The translations under genes were made by a program, and so were the position numbers. Of a stretch of 64,000 bases of DNA, positions 52,018-64,000 are shown piece after piece. Position 1 is the first letter of the stretch. Each line of letters opens with the position of its first letter. A model generated the notes under the pieces. That model saw only the letters and a program-made list of their open reading frames with translations. It did not search any database and was not told the origin of the DNA. This stretch comes from Octopus sinensis (Eukaryota), in NCBI RefSeq assembly GCF_006345805.1, contig NC_043004.1:10912001-10976000 (forward strand), read 5' to 3'.

Positions 52018-52641
52018 ATATTCTTTTCTACTCTCGGCACAAGGGCCGAAATTGCGGGAGAGGAGAGGGAGCGAGTCGATTAGATCAACCCCACTACGCA
52101 ACTGGTACTTAATTAATCGACCGCGAAAGGATGAAAGGCAAAGTCGACCTCGGCGGAATTTGAACTCAAAACGTAAAGACAGACAAAATACCGCCAAGCA
52201 TTTCGCCCAGCGAGTTAACATTTCTTATTTCTTTATTGTTCACAAGGGGCTAAAGATAGAGGGGGTAAACAAGGACAGACAAAGGGATTAAGTCGATTAC
52301 ATCGACCCCAGTGCGTAACTGGTACTTATTTCATCGACCCCGAAAGGATGAAATGCAAAGTCGACCTTGGGGGAATCTGAAATTAAAACTTAAAGACAGA
52401 CGTAATACCTATTTCTTTACTACCTACAAGGGGCTAAACACAGAGAGGACAAACAAGGAGAGACAAACGAATTAAGTCGATTACATCGACACCAGTGCAT
52501 AACTGGTACTTATTTTGTCGACCCCGAAAGGATGAAATGCAAAGTCGACCTCGGCGGAATTTGAACTCAGAACGTAGCGTCAGACGAAATACCGTTAAGC
52601 ATTTCTCCCGGCGTGGTAACGTTTCTGCCACCTCACCGCCT
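52018..52641 (-). mobile_element. SINE family 1 head-to-tail trimer
   Basis: Three reverse-complement cores (aaagtcgacc at ~52140, ~52360 and ~52541), with a restart junction at 52409/52410. Confidence 0.85.
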
Positions 52642-53507
52642 TTTTTGATCCCTAGCATAATGTATGTTTCCTCAATTCTTCTGACAACCCTTGAAATCGA
52701 TCCTCTGATTGTCTCCAGTTGGCGCCCATTTCAGTACTGTTCTTCAATATCGACAATCTGGCTCCTTCTTTTCGTTATCACGTGTGGGAGTTAGGAATTT
52801 TTCGTTACGATGCCTTTCTGAAGACTTAATTTCTGATTTGGAAATTTTATGATATATGAAATGTACAGGCGTTTCCTTCATCTCAGCTGAAGAGCTTGTG
52901 GTTTTCGAAAGGCATCTTATTTTCGCAGTTTTAATTTCTGCTTCGTTTGCATATTATCGCCGAAGACACCCTTAAATCAGAATCCAGCATAACTCAATTT
53001 TCTCACATTTACAACAGATGTGTTTAAAATATGAATCAATGTGTTTATTGATTGCTAGAATTTATTTGAAACCACAAATCTATCTTATTCCATCTGGGCT
53101 ACTTGGAGATTATATGAAAATCATTAAAAAAATGTTTATTCAACGGAAGAAAATATATTAAATATTCTTCATAAAAGAATAACTAATTTTTATTAATTTG
53201 TCGTAAGAATTTTCTAATTACAGTCTCATATGAAAATTGATGCAGCATAAAAGAAGGAGAAAAAATAAAAAAACACGATGTGTATGGTAATGATGTGGTT
53301 ATTAAATGTTCTATTATCCTATATGCTTGGTTAGTTTTCGTAATATTAAGCTATGTAATTATCAATTCGTTCATTGTGTGTTAAGTGAATGGATATAAAA
53401 ATTGTAAAACATATTTTAAGATATGCATTTTACAACGAAAAAAGAATTGGAAAATATCTAAAAAATGGTATATGCAAACATAACCTATATGCATACTTAC
53501 GTGTAGG

Positions 53508-53559
<52 letters not shown>

Positions 53560-54099
53560 CATATATATCTGTGTATGAGTGTGTGTGTGTGTGCGTGACA
53601 GAGGAGGAGAGAATGAGAGAGGGGGAAGTGTGTATGTGTGTGCACGTGTAATGTACAAGCAATTATGACGAAGAAAGTACGATGAGCCAGAGAATTGGGG
53701 AAAAAAGAGAGAAAAGAGGAAGAAGGGAATAAGGGTATTTAGAGGAGAGATAAGTGGAAGGAAATGAAATAATAAGTGGAGAAATGCATAGACAAGGAAG
53801 AAGACATAAAAGGTGATGATGATGATGATGATGGAAGGAGTAGAGTAGTAGTAGGAGGGGCGGAGGTAGAAAATAAGAAAAACCTTAAGGATACATTTCT
53901 ATTTAAGTTATTGTTAGCTGTTTGACTATAACCAGTTCTTACCTCAGCTACTTATGGTATTTCCATTCAGTCGTTCATTATGTTCCACTGAATCTCCTAC
54001 TGCCTTAGTTTGAAATAAAGTTTTAGCTATTATTTACCGAAGTTAAGGAAGAACGATGGCTGGATAGCTAACCTGGCAAAAACAAAAAAATGGATCTTT

Positions 54100-54748
54100 A
54101 CCTTTTCACCGACAGATTAAAAAAATAATTTTTGGTAACTAAACACTTTCAAACTTCGGACACTGGAAGAATGTGTCATATAAAACATCTTTTACTCTTA
54201 GCGTTTTTGAGAAAAGCTTATATTTAGAAAGATAATTCACGTTAAAGTTGTAGTATTTCGGTAATTTCAACCAATCAATGACTTGTATTCAGCTGAATAA
54301 AATTACTGCCGTTGTTTGTCAACAACAACTATCGGCGGTGTATTTTTCGTTTTGTCACTGTTATTTATGACATCGTTCGTGCGTTTGTACTGGTTTTATC
54401 GTTAAGGTTTTAGGGTTAGGGTTAGGGTTTTAGGGTTAGGGTTAAGGTTTTAGGGTTAGGGTTTTAGGATTAGGGTTGTCATAAATAACAGTAACAAACG
54501 AAATATACACCGCCGGAAGTTCTTGTTGACAAACAACGACAGTAATTTTATTCAGCTGAATACACGTCATTGATTGGTTGAAATTACCGATATACTACAA
54601 CTTTAACGTGAAATAACTTCCTAAATATAAGATTTTCTCAAAAGCGCGAAGAGTAAAAGATATTTTAAATGACACATTCTACCAGTGTCCGAAGTCTGAA
54701 AGTGTTTAGTTACAAAAAATTATTTTTTAAATCTGTAGGTCAAAAGGT
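54100..54748. mobile_element. Fold-back/MITE-like element with ~270-bp inverted arms and a telomere-like core
   Basis: Left arm 54100-54372 and right arm 54477-54748 are reverse complements with scattered mismatches (accttttcaccgacagatt / aatctgtaggtcaaaaggt; ttatttatgaca / tgtcataaataa). No TSD was recognised. Confidence 0.8.
54401..54476 (+). repeat. Interstitial telomere-like (TTAGGG)n tract
   Basis: 11 units: 8 exact TTAGGG plus TTAAGG x2 and TTAGGA, organised with a ~20-bp periodicity. Confidence 0.92.
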
Positions 54749-56349
54749 CCAAAAAAGAATTTAAATTAAAAACTAAACCCTTTCAAGTGATGCCCCAACA
54801 TTACCGCAGTCAAGCAACTGATGCAAGTATAAACGAATCGAGGTGATAGTAGCGAACGCCTACGACTGTGTATTTATCTCCATGTCATCTTCTTTGTACT
54901 TATCTCCATGCCACAAAAATCTCAATGTTGGTGTGTGTACTTGTAAGCAGCTGATATGGCTGACGATAAATTTCATAGATGTAAGAAGTGGCAAGCACTG
55001 TGAAACTGACGAATGATATCTTAGTATGCAGTTCCGAATCTAATATATTTTCTGGGAAAACGTATCTACAATATCCAAGCAATCTGACGTGGGAATATTT
55101 TTAATCTCTTAACGGCTCATTATCACGGAAACTTTAAATAAATATCAGATATCTGGTACATTGTGATAAATAAAATACTCCGTTGGTCAGATATAGTTCT
55201 ATGTTCACCGCTCGAGTACATATAACTCCATCTATAAAATACCTTCCAATTTACGAAAAGCAAACACGTATTTTGCTGAGCCGTTCATTTACAATTAATT
55301 TCACAATTGCCAGTAACATGTCAGAGCATGCATCGTACATCTATATCAAAACATTAAAAGCTTCGGTATATGTTCGGTGTGTCCTGGAAAAAGCGTGTGA
55401 AAGCGTGGAATTCTTATTCTTTCTACCCACAAAGCATAAACAGAAATTCGAAGCACTTTGAAATCGATGCCCTACATTCATCCCTACATTTAATTATGCG
55501 AATGTAGAGACGTGCGGTTTGATGCAGAAACTAACACGTTTCTATATATTCACACCTTGTCATACATACATACACAAATATTCAAACACATAATCGTCTA
55601 TATATGTACTGAAAGGACTTGTGTGTATAAACAAAGTCCAGAGGTATGATTTGTGCCATGCAGTGGTTCCCTTGATAGTTACGTTATGCACCATTTTCGT
55701 ATGGTTGTCTTGAATGGACAGAAAAGATATTTACAAATGTGGCTCACTTATTCCGCTAATAGCAATATATGAGGAAGTTAATCCATTAATATTATTGGTT
55801 TCAAATTTTGGCACAGGGCCAGATTTATCTTGGAAGTGGGGTAAGTTGATTACACTGACGGTGTGTGTGATTGTGATTGTGCGCATGTGTCCGTGTATGT
55901 ATGTGTGTATGTATATATGTGTCTCTGTGTGTGTGTAAAGTAAAGTAAAGCGAATCCTAAATGTTACTTGGAAAAGGCAAAACCATAACTGTGCTGCTCA
56001 TGATAAGAATTTCACTGCTCCATAACAGGATTTCATTTGGCACGTGTTAAATGAATACCTCCACCGGAAGAAGAAAAGAAAAACCTACCTTCCCTGTGTC
56101 GGTGTCATGGCGCTGAAATCACTAAAATGAGACGACAAAAAGCGACTTGATGATGGTTTAACAATTCAAATTTCTCATTCGAACACCAATGTGCTTCTCT
56201 TTCGGAGTCCGTATGATACTATTGATCTTACACGCTGCATCTTCAGGTTGTTTGCGGTATGCTAGAGTAGAGGTCAGACGTTTCCTTATCGAATATAGTC
56301 GCTTGACACTTTAAGACTATAAAGAATTATACAGGTAATAATATTTAAA

Positions 56350-56550
56350 ACAAAAATTCATCTGAAATTTTGGTGGATGGAGCTAGTCGATTTCACCGAG
56401 CCCAGTGCTTAACTGCCACTTATTTTATAGACTCCGAAAGAATAAAAAAGCAAAGTCAACCATGATGATATTTCAAATCAGAACGATAAGAAGGACAAAA
56501 TTCCGCTAAGCATTTTGCCCGGCCTACTAACGTCTCTGCTAACTCGCCCG
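56350..56550 (-). mobile_element. Degenerate SINE family 1
   Basis: aaagcaaagtcaacc...ccgctaagcattttgcccggcctactaacgtctctgctaactcgcc. Confidence 0.6.
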
Positions 56551-57121
56551 TGTTTATGTTGGTAGTAATAATATTTGAATTAATCGAAGCTTGATTAATA
56601 TTATTACCCCTATGAGAAACTTCTCACGAGTATTATCAAAACAAAGCAACATCAGTGAACCTGGAAGATGTAAATAAAAACAATTACAGTTTGCAGATAA
56701 CGCACCAAATGTTGCGAGTCAAGTCCGAAACATTTCCCGTGGTGTCATCATACTGGAAAAGATCAAAATTATTTTCAAATATTGTTTATTTCTTAATGAA
56801 ATTAATTAATTTTAATTCTAACGTCGTCTTCCCTTATCTTCAGAAGAAATAGTAATTTAGATAATGAACTTTTCCCATTAATAAGGGCATAATCTTGATT
56901 AATTAAAATTCTTAGCTCTCACTATAACTTTTAATTGTTATAGAGCAGGAACCCTGGGCATTCCTTCCTCGCAATACGCATCCAGTTGCATATTGAAGAA
57001 TTCAACCGCCTTCACATGGAATGCTCAACGCGTATCCACTAATGATGCCCAGAAGAAGCGTACCAAATAATATGTGTGTATACATATATAAATATACGTA
57101 TGTATATAATATATAATGTTT

Positions 57122-57153
<32 letters not shown>

Positions 57154-57200
57154 ATATATACATACACACACACACACACACATACACACACATACATAAT

Positions 57201-57248
<48 letters not shown>

Positions 57249-57278
57249 GTATATATACATATACATATATATATATAT

Positions 57279-57545
57279 GAAGTGCATAACTAAGTGGTTA
57301 GTGCGTTGCACTCCCGATTGCGAGATCGTGGTTTCGGGCATTGCGTTATGTTCTTCAGCAAAGCACTTCATTTCACGTTGCTCTGCGATCATTTGCCATC
57401 TGACATATGGCACACGGTGCTTTTGGCAGGTAATGTCGATTTGACGGAGGAGTGAGCTTACCTTATCACAAACATTAGATCACGATAAACAATTCATCTG
57501 TGTGGTTGTTCGGCAAGAAATTGACGAAACATCATACGTCTTTCA
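57279..57545 (+). mobile_element. SINE family 4 (degenerate)
   Basis: tRNA-like head (actaagtggttagtgcg...ggtttcg) followed by gttcttcagcaaagcacttcatttcacgttgctc. Confidence 0.6.
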
Positions 57546-57661
57546 ACAACGGGAGAGTCCATTATACATACATACATACATACATACATACATACATACA
57601 TACATACATACATACATACATACACATACACTACATACATACATATATACATACATATACA

Positions 57662-57694
<33 letters not shown>

Positions 57695-57779
57695 CATACA
57701 TACATACATACATACATACATACATACATACATACACTATACATACATCATACACACAAGTTATATATATATATATATA

Positions 57780-58093
57780 ATAAATATTAGGGAATATATC
57801 CAAATTACAGGGAAAAAAAAAAAAAAAAAAAAAATCAGATTTAGGATTAATCCATTTTATAGTAAAATATATAAATATTATTTGAGACAAAACCACTATT
57901 TTGCAAAACAAAGACTTATCAATACTAAAATTTAATAAATAACTGAATTATTGGAAGTCCACCTGAAGATGTCGATCAAGACAAGAAACGCTTGTAGTGG
58001 CGGTTTTTTGACTATTTATTAAATTTAGTATGATTAAGTCTTTCCTTGTTTGTTTTGCAAAATATGGTTTTGTCTCAAATAATATTTATATAT
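57780..58093. mobile_element. Fold-back PLE pLTR-like element between (TA)n tracts
   Basis: Inverted arms at ~57866-57941 and ~58013-58093 (with indels), enclosing a hammerhead-like motif. Confidence 0.65.
57959..58000 (+). ncRNA. Candidate minimal type-I hammerhead ribozyme
   Basis: CCAC-CUGAAGA-UGUC(GAUCAA)GACA-a-GAAAC(GCUU)GU-A-GUGG: stem I CCAC/GUGG, intact CUGANGA and GAAA core, 4-bp stem II, 2-bp stem III, GUA cleavage triplet. One extra A precedes GAAA. Confidence 0.55.
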
Positions 58094-58249
58094 ATATATA
58101 TATAATATATATATATTGTAAATAGAATTATAAGACTTCATCGCATACTTACTACAGAAAGTATTTTGATATCAGGCATATAAAAACTCCAACGGAGGAA
58201 AATTGGTACATTGGTACACATTGGTACGTGTGGGAATAGAACCGCTACT

Positions 58250-58472
58250 TGGTATATATTGCTTTCAAATTTTGCAACAAACCCAGCAATTTCGGCCGAG
58301 GCAGTAAGTCGATTACATCGATCCTAGTGTTTCGCTGGTACTGATTTTATCGACCCCGAAAGTTTGAAAGGCAAAGTCAATCTCGGCGGAATTTGACCTC
58401 AGAACGTAAAGACGGACAAAATGACTCCAAGCATTTGACTAGGTGTGTTAAGGATTCTGCCAGCCCCACGCC
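58250..58472 (-). mobile_element. SINE family 1
   Basis: gaccccgaaagtttgaaaggcaaagtcaatctcggcggaatttgacctcagaacgtaaagacggac...gattctgccagccccacgcc. Confidence 0.7.
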
Positions 58473-59210
58473 TCAAATATGCACTAATATTACACATAGG
58501 TAAAGTCTTATAATACTACTTACAAAATATCATTCGCCGCCGTTTTCTAATTCACTCAGATTATAATTGTAATGTGGAAATTATATGACTGAATTTTTTT
58601 TTTCTTCCAGATTATCACATAGAAATTTATTCACAAAACTAAGTGCACTAATTATCATTGATATAAATGCGAATTTATAATCTAGGTATAGATTTTGGTG
58701 GCTTCGGAGCAATGGTCCGTAGCTATCCTCTTTAAGTTTGGAAGGTATTTACATCATCAGGGCAGCTAAACTCTATGATAGAAAATATTTATCTTCTCTG
58801 TCACGAAAGTCATAGCTGGCCTGTTATGTCTGAAAATTTTAGAAGTTTTGATGGGAATGGAACACAAATATTCATCGTCTTGATTTATTGCTATTTCAGG
58901 ACTATAAATTGTTTTAGCGACAATGTCCTGTCACATAAGAAGGTAATGATTTGGAAGAAGTTTAAAGCAACTTCTGATCGTATGAGAAATGTCTTGCAAT
59001 TATAGCATAATTATTGGGGATACAAGCTTCTAGTCACTCTCTATCCTTCCACACGCACACATTAGATAGATAAAAAAAATACATGTTCGTGTATATATAT
59101 ATTGTATTTCGGGATGGTGGTTTTTAAACGAGTGAAGAAAAATATATAATGCATGTGTTTATTTGGCAACAAAAAATGACCATCCCGAAATACAACAATA
59201 TCTGCAAAAC

Positions 59211-59276
<66 letters not shown>

Positions 59277-59289
59277 TTGTGTGTGTGTA

Positions 59290-59560
59290 TTCAAGGGTAC
59301 ACAGCTTTTTAATATTCTCCCAAAGAGCCTGAGGAACCTGCGCAAAGTAGATGTAGGCAATTTTAAATCAAAGCTGAACCTCTTCCTGTCGAGAGTCCCA
59401 GATGAACCTACATCAAGGCAAGAGGTGCAAATGAGGGTATCTACATCAAACTCCAGTCTTCTCCAAGTGCGACATATTGGAGGAGGCTCTCAGTAATAAC
59501 AGTGTAGCAAAAGGGCGGTGCATCAGCATGGCTGCAGCTCTGAACTGAAACTACAGAAAA
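59290..59560 (+). mobile_element. CR1-like LINE 3' end (5'-truncated) in a (TA)/(TG) tract
   Basis: FKGTQLFNILPKSLRNLRKVDVGNFKSKLNLFLSRVPDEP...SNS, a C-terminus typical of CR1-group LINEs, then stop at 59496 and tail ggcggtgcatcagcatggctgcagctctgaactgaaactacagaaaa. Confidence 0.75.
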
Positions 59561-59606
59561 AAATTTATATCTATATATATATATATTTATGTGTGTGTGT
59601 GTGTGT

Positions 59607-59653
<47 letters not shown>

Positions 59654-59758
59654 TATATGGGGAGTAGATAGTTGAGACGTGCAGTCCTGGAAAGCCAGCA
59701 GAGAACTCAAAGGAATCAACCCATGGTAAATCGTAATATGGCTATTGTTCAAAGCAAT

Positions 59759-59915
59759 ACATGTGCAACCTGTAGAAAAATGAGCATCCCAGTTGCAGGA
59801 TTTTAAAAGGCATGTGAAAAGAATTCATATTGTGGTCCCTGTCTCGTCTACCAGCCAACACGTAACAGAATGTGCAAAACTTTCGCCGGGCTCAGGAGTC
59901 ATACAACGGCATCAC
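59759..59915 (+). pseudogene. Possible decayed C2H2 zinc-finger pair of retrotransposon type
   Basis: TCATCRKMSIPVAGF(fs)KRHVKRIH, then RMCKTFAGLRSH. No TGEKP linker. Confidence 0.3.
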
Positions 59916-59990
59916 TTTCCATCAACATTGACACATTTCAGTAGTTCTTTCTAGCAATGGCTTTGCTCGCATGTGAGAAAACAGCGAAGG

Positions 59991-60094
<104 letters not shown>

Positions 60095-60300
60095 ATATAT
60101 ATATATGCGCATCCATGTATATATCTATATACATATATATATATATCAGTATTTAGCAGAAGTAAAAGAGTGACTCAAGGTCTAAGAGTTTCGTGCGTTG
60201 GCACTTATCGAATTAGTTTGAGTTTATTTTCCCTATTCTCACCGACAAACTCATATATGTATGTGTGTGTGTATACAGAGATAGATAGATACATAGATAG

Positions 60301-60334
<34 letters not shown>

Positions 60335-60484
60335 AGACAGATAGACAGACAGACAGACAGATAGATACATAGATACTTACATACATACATACACAAAACA
60401 TACATACATACACACATACAAACATACATACATACATCCATACATACATACATACACACATACATACATACATACATACATACA

Positions 60485-60520
<36 letters not shown>

Positions 60521-61018
60521 CATAGTAGGTAGCTAGATAGATATTAGGTAGATATATAATAGATAAATATTTACATATGCGCATGTGCTTCTATTATATA
60601 TTTGGATATGCGTGTCCATGTATGTGTAGTGAAACAGAGATCGGGAAAAGAGGAAAAGAGACCATTACAGAGCATATTTTAATACGCGCGCCAGTTATTA
60701 GCTTATTATATACGAACAAAAAATATAGAACGATACTTATTTCAGGGGATTAAATACGGTTGGGAGAACATGGATGGTTTATTATTACGAAAAGACTTTT
60801 ACGTAAATACAAACCAACTGTAAAATGACCGACTACTTATTAAAAACAATAGTACTGAAAGGAACACGGTTGAACAATAAATTTAATGTTCAGCGTCTTA
60901 TCAGTAGATATATCATACATATATATATATATTAATATTATATAATATATATATAATATACATATATATATATATATACATACATACATACGTATACATA
61001 CGTTATATACATATATAT

Positions 61019-61059
<41 letters not shown>

Positions 61060-61084
61060 ATATATATATATATATACATATATA

Positions 61085-61117
<33 letters not shown>

Positions 61118-61727
61118 CACACACACACACATATATATATATATATGTATATAATATATGTGTATATATATATATGTATATATGTATATACATATATTGT
61201 ATATATATATATGGGTATACACATATATATGTATGTTTATATATATATATATGTTTGTCTATATACGTATGTGCGTGCATATACCTATATATATATATAT
61301 ATATATATAATAAATATATGTGTGTGCGTGTTTGTGCATACATCTCGTCTTTGTAGATAATGTATACAAATGCCATCTTAATATATAAAATATATCAGAA
61401 ATCTAATGACTTCTCATTATTCTCATTATTTTTTTCCTATATCTGAAAACATCTGGATGTACACATATGCATATGTTGATACACGTGTGTGTATGTGATT
61501 GTACGTGTGCGTGAGCATATGCGTACAGTTTTGTGTGTATCTGCACACGCTTACACATAAATAGATAGTCATGTACTTCTATGTGACTTTTTTCGTTTAC
61601 TCGCCAGCATCTAGTGGATCCCTCTCTCACCATGAATGCGTACATGCATAATTAGGTGCAAATATACGTTCGTAGCTGAGTGTAAATTATTCACGCATAA
61701 ATGCATACATAATATATATATATATTA

Positions 61728-61778
<51 letters not shown>

Positions 61779-62248
61779 ATATCAGTAAACCAATGGAAAT
61801 TCTTATGCATGGCTATGTACGTATATTTTTCTTCACTTGTTTTAATCGAGTGTGACCTTGCTGTGGAACCGCCTTCAGGGATTATAGTCGAACTAATCGC
61901 CCCTACGACTTTGTTTTTTAAAGCCAAGTACTGAGTGATTCAGGCTATTTTGCCGAACCGCTAAGTTTTTGGTGATGTAAATAACCCAACGCCGATTAGA
62001 GGCGGTTATGCGTGGATCACACAGACACAAAGACACAGACACAGACATACAGTCACTCACATACACTTACATACGACGTACCAAATTTACTCACAAGACT
62101 TTGGTCGGCCCATATATATATATATAAATATTTTAACCTTCGGATTTTTCTTAATATGCTAGGCCACTGGTTTTAATTGATTAATATCAATTTCTACCCT
62201 TATTAAATTTATATATATATATGTATATATATATATATGTATATATAT

Positions 62249-62650
62249 AGGCACAGGAGTGGCTGTGTGGTAAGTAGCTTGTTTACCAACCACATGGTTC
62301 CGGGTTCAGTCCCACTGCGTGACACCTTGGGCAAGTGTCTTCTACTATAGCCTCGGGCCGACCAAAGCCTTGTGAGTGGATTTGGTAGACGGAAACTGAA
62401 AGAAGTCCGTCGTATATATGTATACATATATATGCGTGTGTGTGTTTGTGTGAGTGTGTTTGTCCCCCTAGCATTGCTTGACAACCGATGCTGGTGTGTT
62501 TATGTCCCCGTTACTTAGCGGTTCGGCAAAAGAGACCGACTGGGCTTACAAAAAGAATAAGTCCCGGAGTCGAGTTGCTCGATCAAATCGGTGCTCCAGC
62601 ATGGCCACAGTCAAATGACTGAAACAAGTAAAAGAGTAAAGAGTAAAGAG
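62249..62650 (+). mobile_element. Near full-length SINE family 2
   Basis: aggcacaggagtggctgtgtggtaag...ccttgggcaagtgtcttc...cggtgctccagcatggccacagtcaaatgactgaaacaagtaaaagagtaaagagtaaagag. Confidence 0.88.
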
Positions 62651-62730
62651 TATATATATATAATATATATATATATAATATATATGTATTAATATATGCA
62701 TACATATATACATATATACATATGCATGCG

Positions 62731-62769
<39 letters not shown>

Positions 62770-62798
62770 TGCACAAATGTGTATATATATATATATAT

Positions 62799-63226
62799 AA
62801 TCAAAATAAGCAACAAGACATCAAGTACTGATGCAGTACAACCGTTTCAAGCGGCTCCATTTAATTGAACAAGGCAATCATTAGATCAGTTTAAATGCAG
62901 ATATATAATTTTAACCAGTTCCTTAAATCCTTGAAAATGTTTTAGCCCGAAGGTCGCGGCCATTAATGTAATTTTTCTCAAATGCTTTAACAGAGCAAGA
63001 AGATGTCTATTCTTAGCTACAATAGCGACAACATGAATTTCTTCCATCTTCTGAGAAAAATTGTATTAATGTGTCCAACTGGTTAAAATTATATATCTAT
63101 TCAATTGTGCAGCTGTTGATGAAATTACATTTAAATTGATGTAATGATTGCATTGTTGAATTAAATGGAGCCGCTTGAAACGGACGTACTGCATCACTAC
63201 TTGATATCCTCTTGCTTATTTTGATT
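62799..63226. mobile_element. Fold-back element with ~120-bp inverted arms, starting at (TA)n; probable PLE derivative
   Basis: aatcaaaataagc...ttaaccagtt (62799-62920) versus aactggttaa...gcttattttgatt (63077-63226; this arm carries an extra ~30-bp segment). Confidence 0.7.
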
Positions 63227-63308
63227 TTATTCACCTTACTTCGAGGTGTGCGGATAATACCATACTGACTTGGTGCTTCAACTTAAGTACCTAGTTCGAC
63301 TGAGTCTC

Positions 63309-63345
<37 letters not shown>

Positions 63346-64000
63346 AAAAAAGCCCACTTTGTCGTATGGTTAACACCATATAGATTTCTGGTGCATCCAA
63401 GTTAAGTACCATATTCATGTGAATTCAACAGAACTCACTTGAATCTTAATTGCTTATACCGTATATATATTTATATATATATATATATACCCTCACACAC
63501 ATATACACACATATATACCTTTTGACTCAACGATAGTTAAGGTACCTCTGAGTAATGACTGTAACTGTAATTTCTTCTGCTTTTCATTGTGAAATATCAA
63601 CAGTATATCTCGACTAGGGACTATAGAATATACGAAACGGCATTGACACTTCCTTACCAACCGACAGTAAATAACTGGATGTCTAATCAAAGTTATATAC
63701 CCTCCAGCTGTTTCCTGCGGTATACTTTAGCAAGTCAATGTAATATTGTAATGGACATTATCTTAGCTAAATGTAGTTGTATGAAATGAACTGCTTGCTG
63801 CTTCATTAATATTTATGTACTATTAAGTTCTCTTTGTCACAATCGGATACAATTTACAGGGCATTTGCTGTGTACATAGCGTAGAATATGACTCCCATAT
63901 ATTTGCGTTTGAGTGTACATATGTGGGTATGTTCGTGTGAGTGTTTGTGTGAGTATGAGTGTGTGTATTTATATGTGTGTGCGTGAGAGAGAGAGAGAGG

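Noticed and set aside
56089-56112. Minus-strand 24-nt microexon candidate (tttcag|...gggaag|gtaggt)
   Set aside because: The splice signals are plausible, but it is on the opposite strand to the other candidate and has no supporting coding evidence.
57002-57085. Signal-peptide-like MYTHILFGTLLLGIISGYALSIPCEGG on the minus strand
   Set aside because: It stops six residues after the predicted cleavage site, no canonical donor rescues the frame, and it starts within a microsatellite.

Overview
AT-rich, repeat-saturated animal genomic DNA, most likely an octopus (coleoid cephalopod) intron or intergenic region. This is inferred from the SINE families and the dense (TA)n/(CA)n/(TATG)n/(GATA)n/(TAA)n microsatellites, recognised from memory. 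I found no confidently supportable intact host gene, rRNA, true tRNA or CRISPR array. Most supplied ORFs are microsatellite artefacts. Real content: (i) three lineages of R4/Dong-clade RLE non-LTR retrotransposons, including a ~3.1 kb inter-family chimera; every copy with an intact 3' end sits in a (TAA)n tract next to an antisense tRNA-SINE; (ii) Penelope-like (PLE) remnants and fold-back elements at (TA)n tracts, several with minimal hammerhead-ribozyme-like motifs; (iii) at least four tRNA-derived SINE families, one sharing its 3' tail with a CR1-like LINE also present here, another forming multimers with a recurrent junction; (iv) Helitron remnants, Tigger-like MITEs, and a ~650-bp fold-back element with a (TTAGGG)n core. 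There is one 100-N assembly gap. Everything was read by eye; boundaries of degenerate repeats are approximate.
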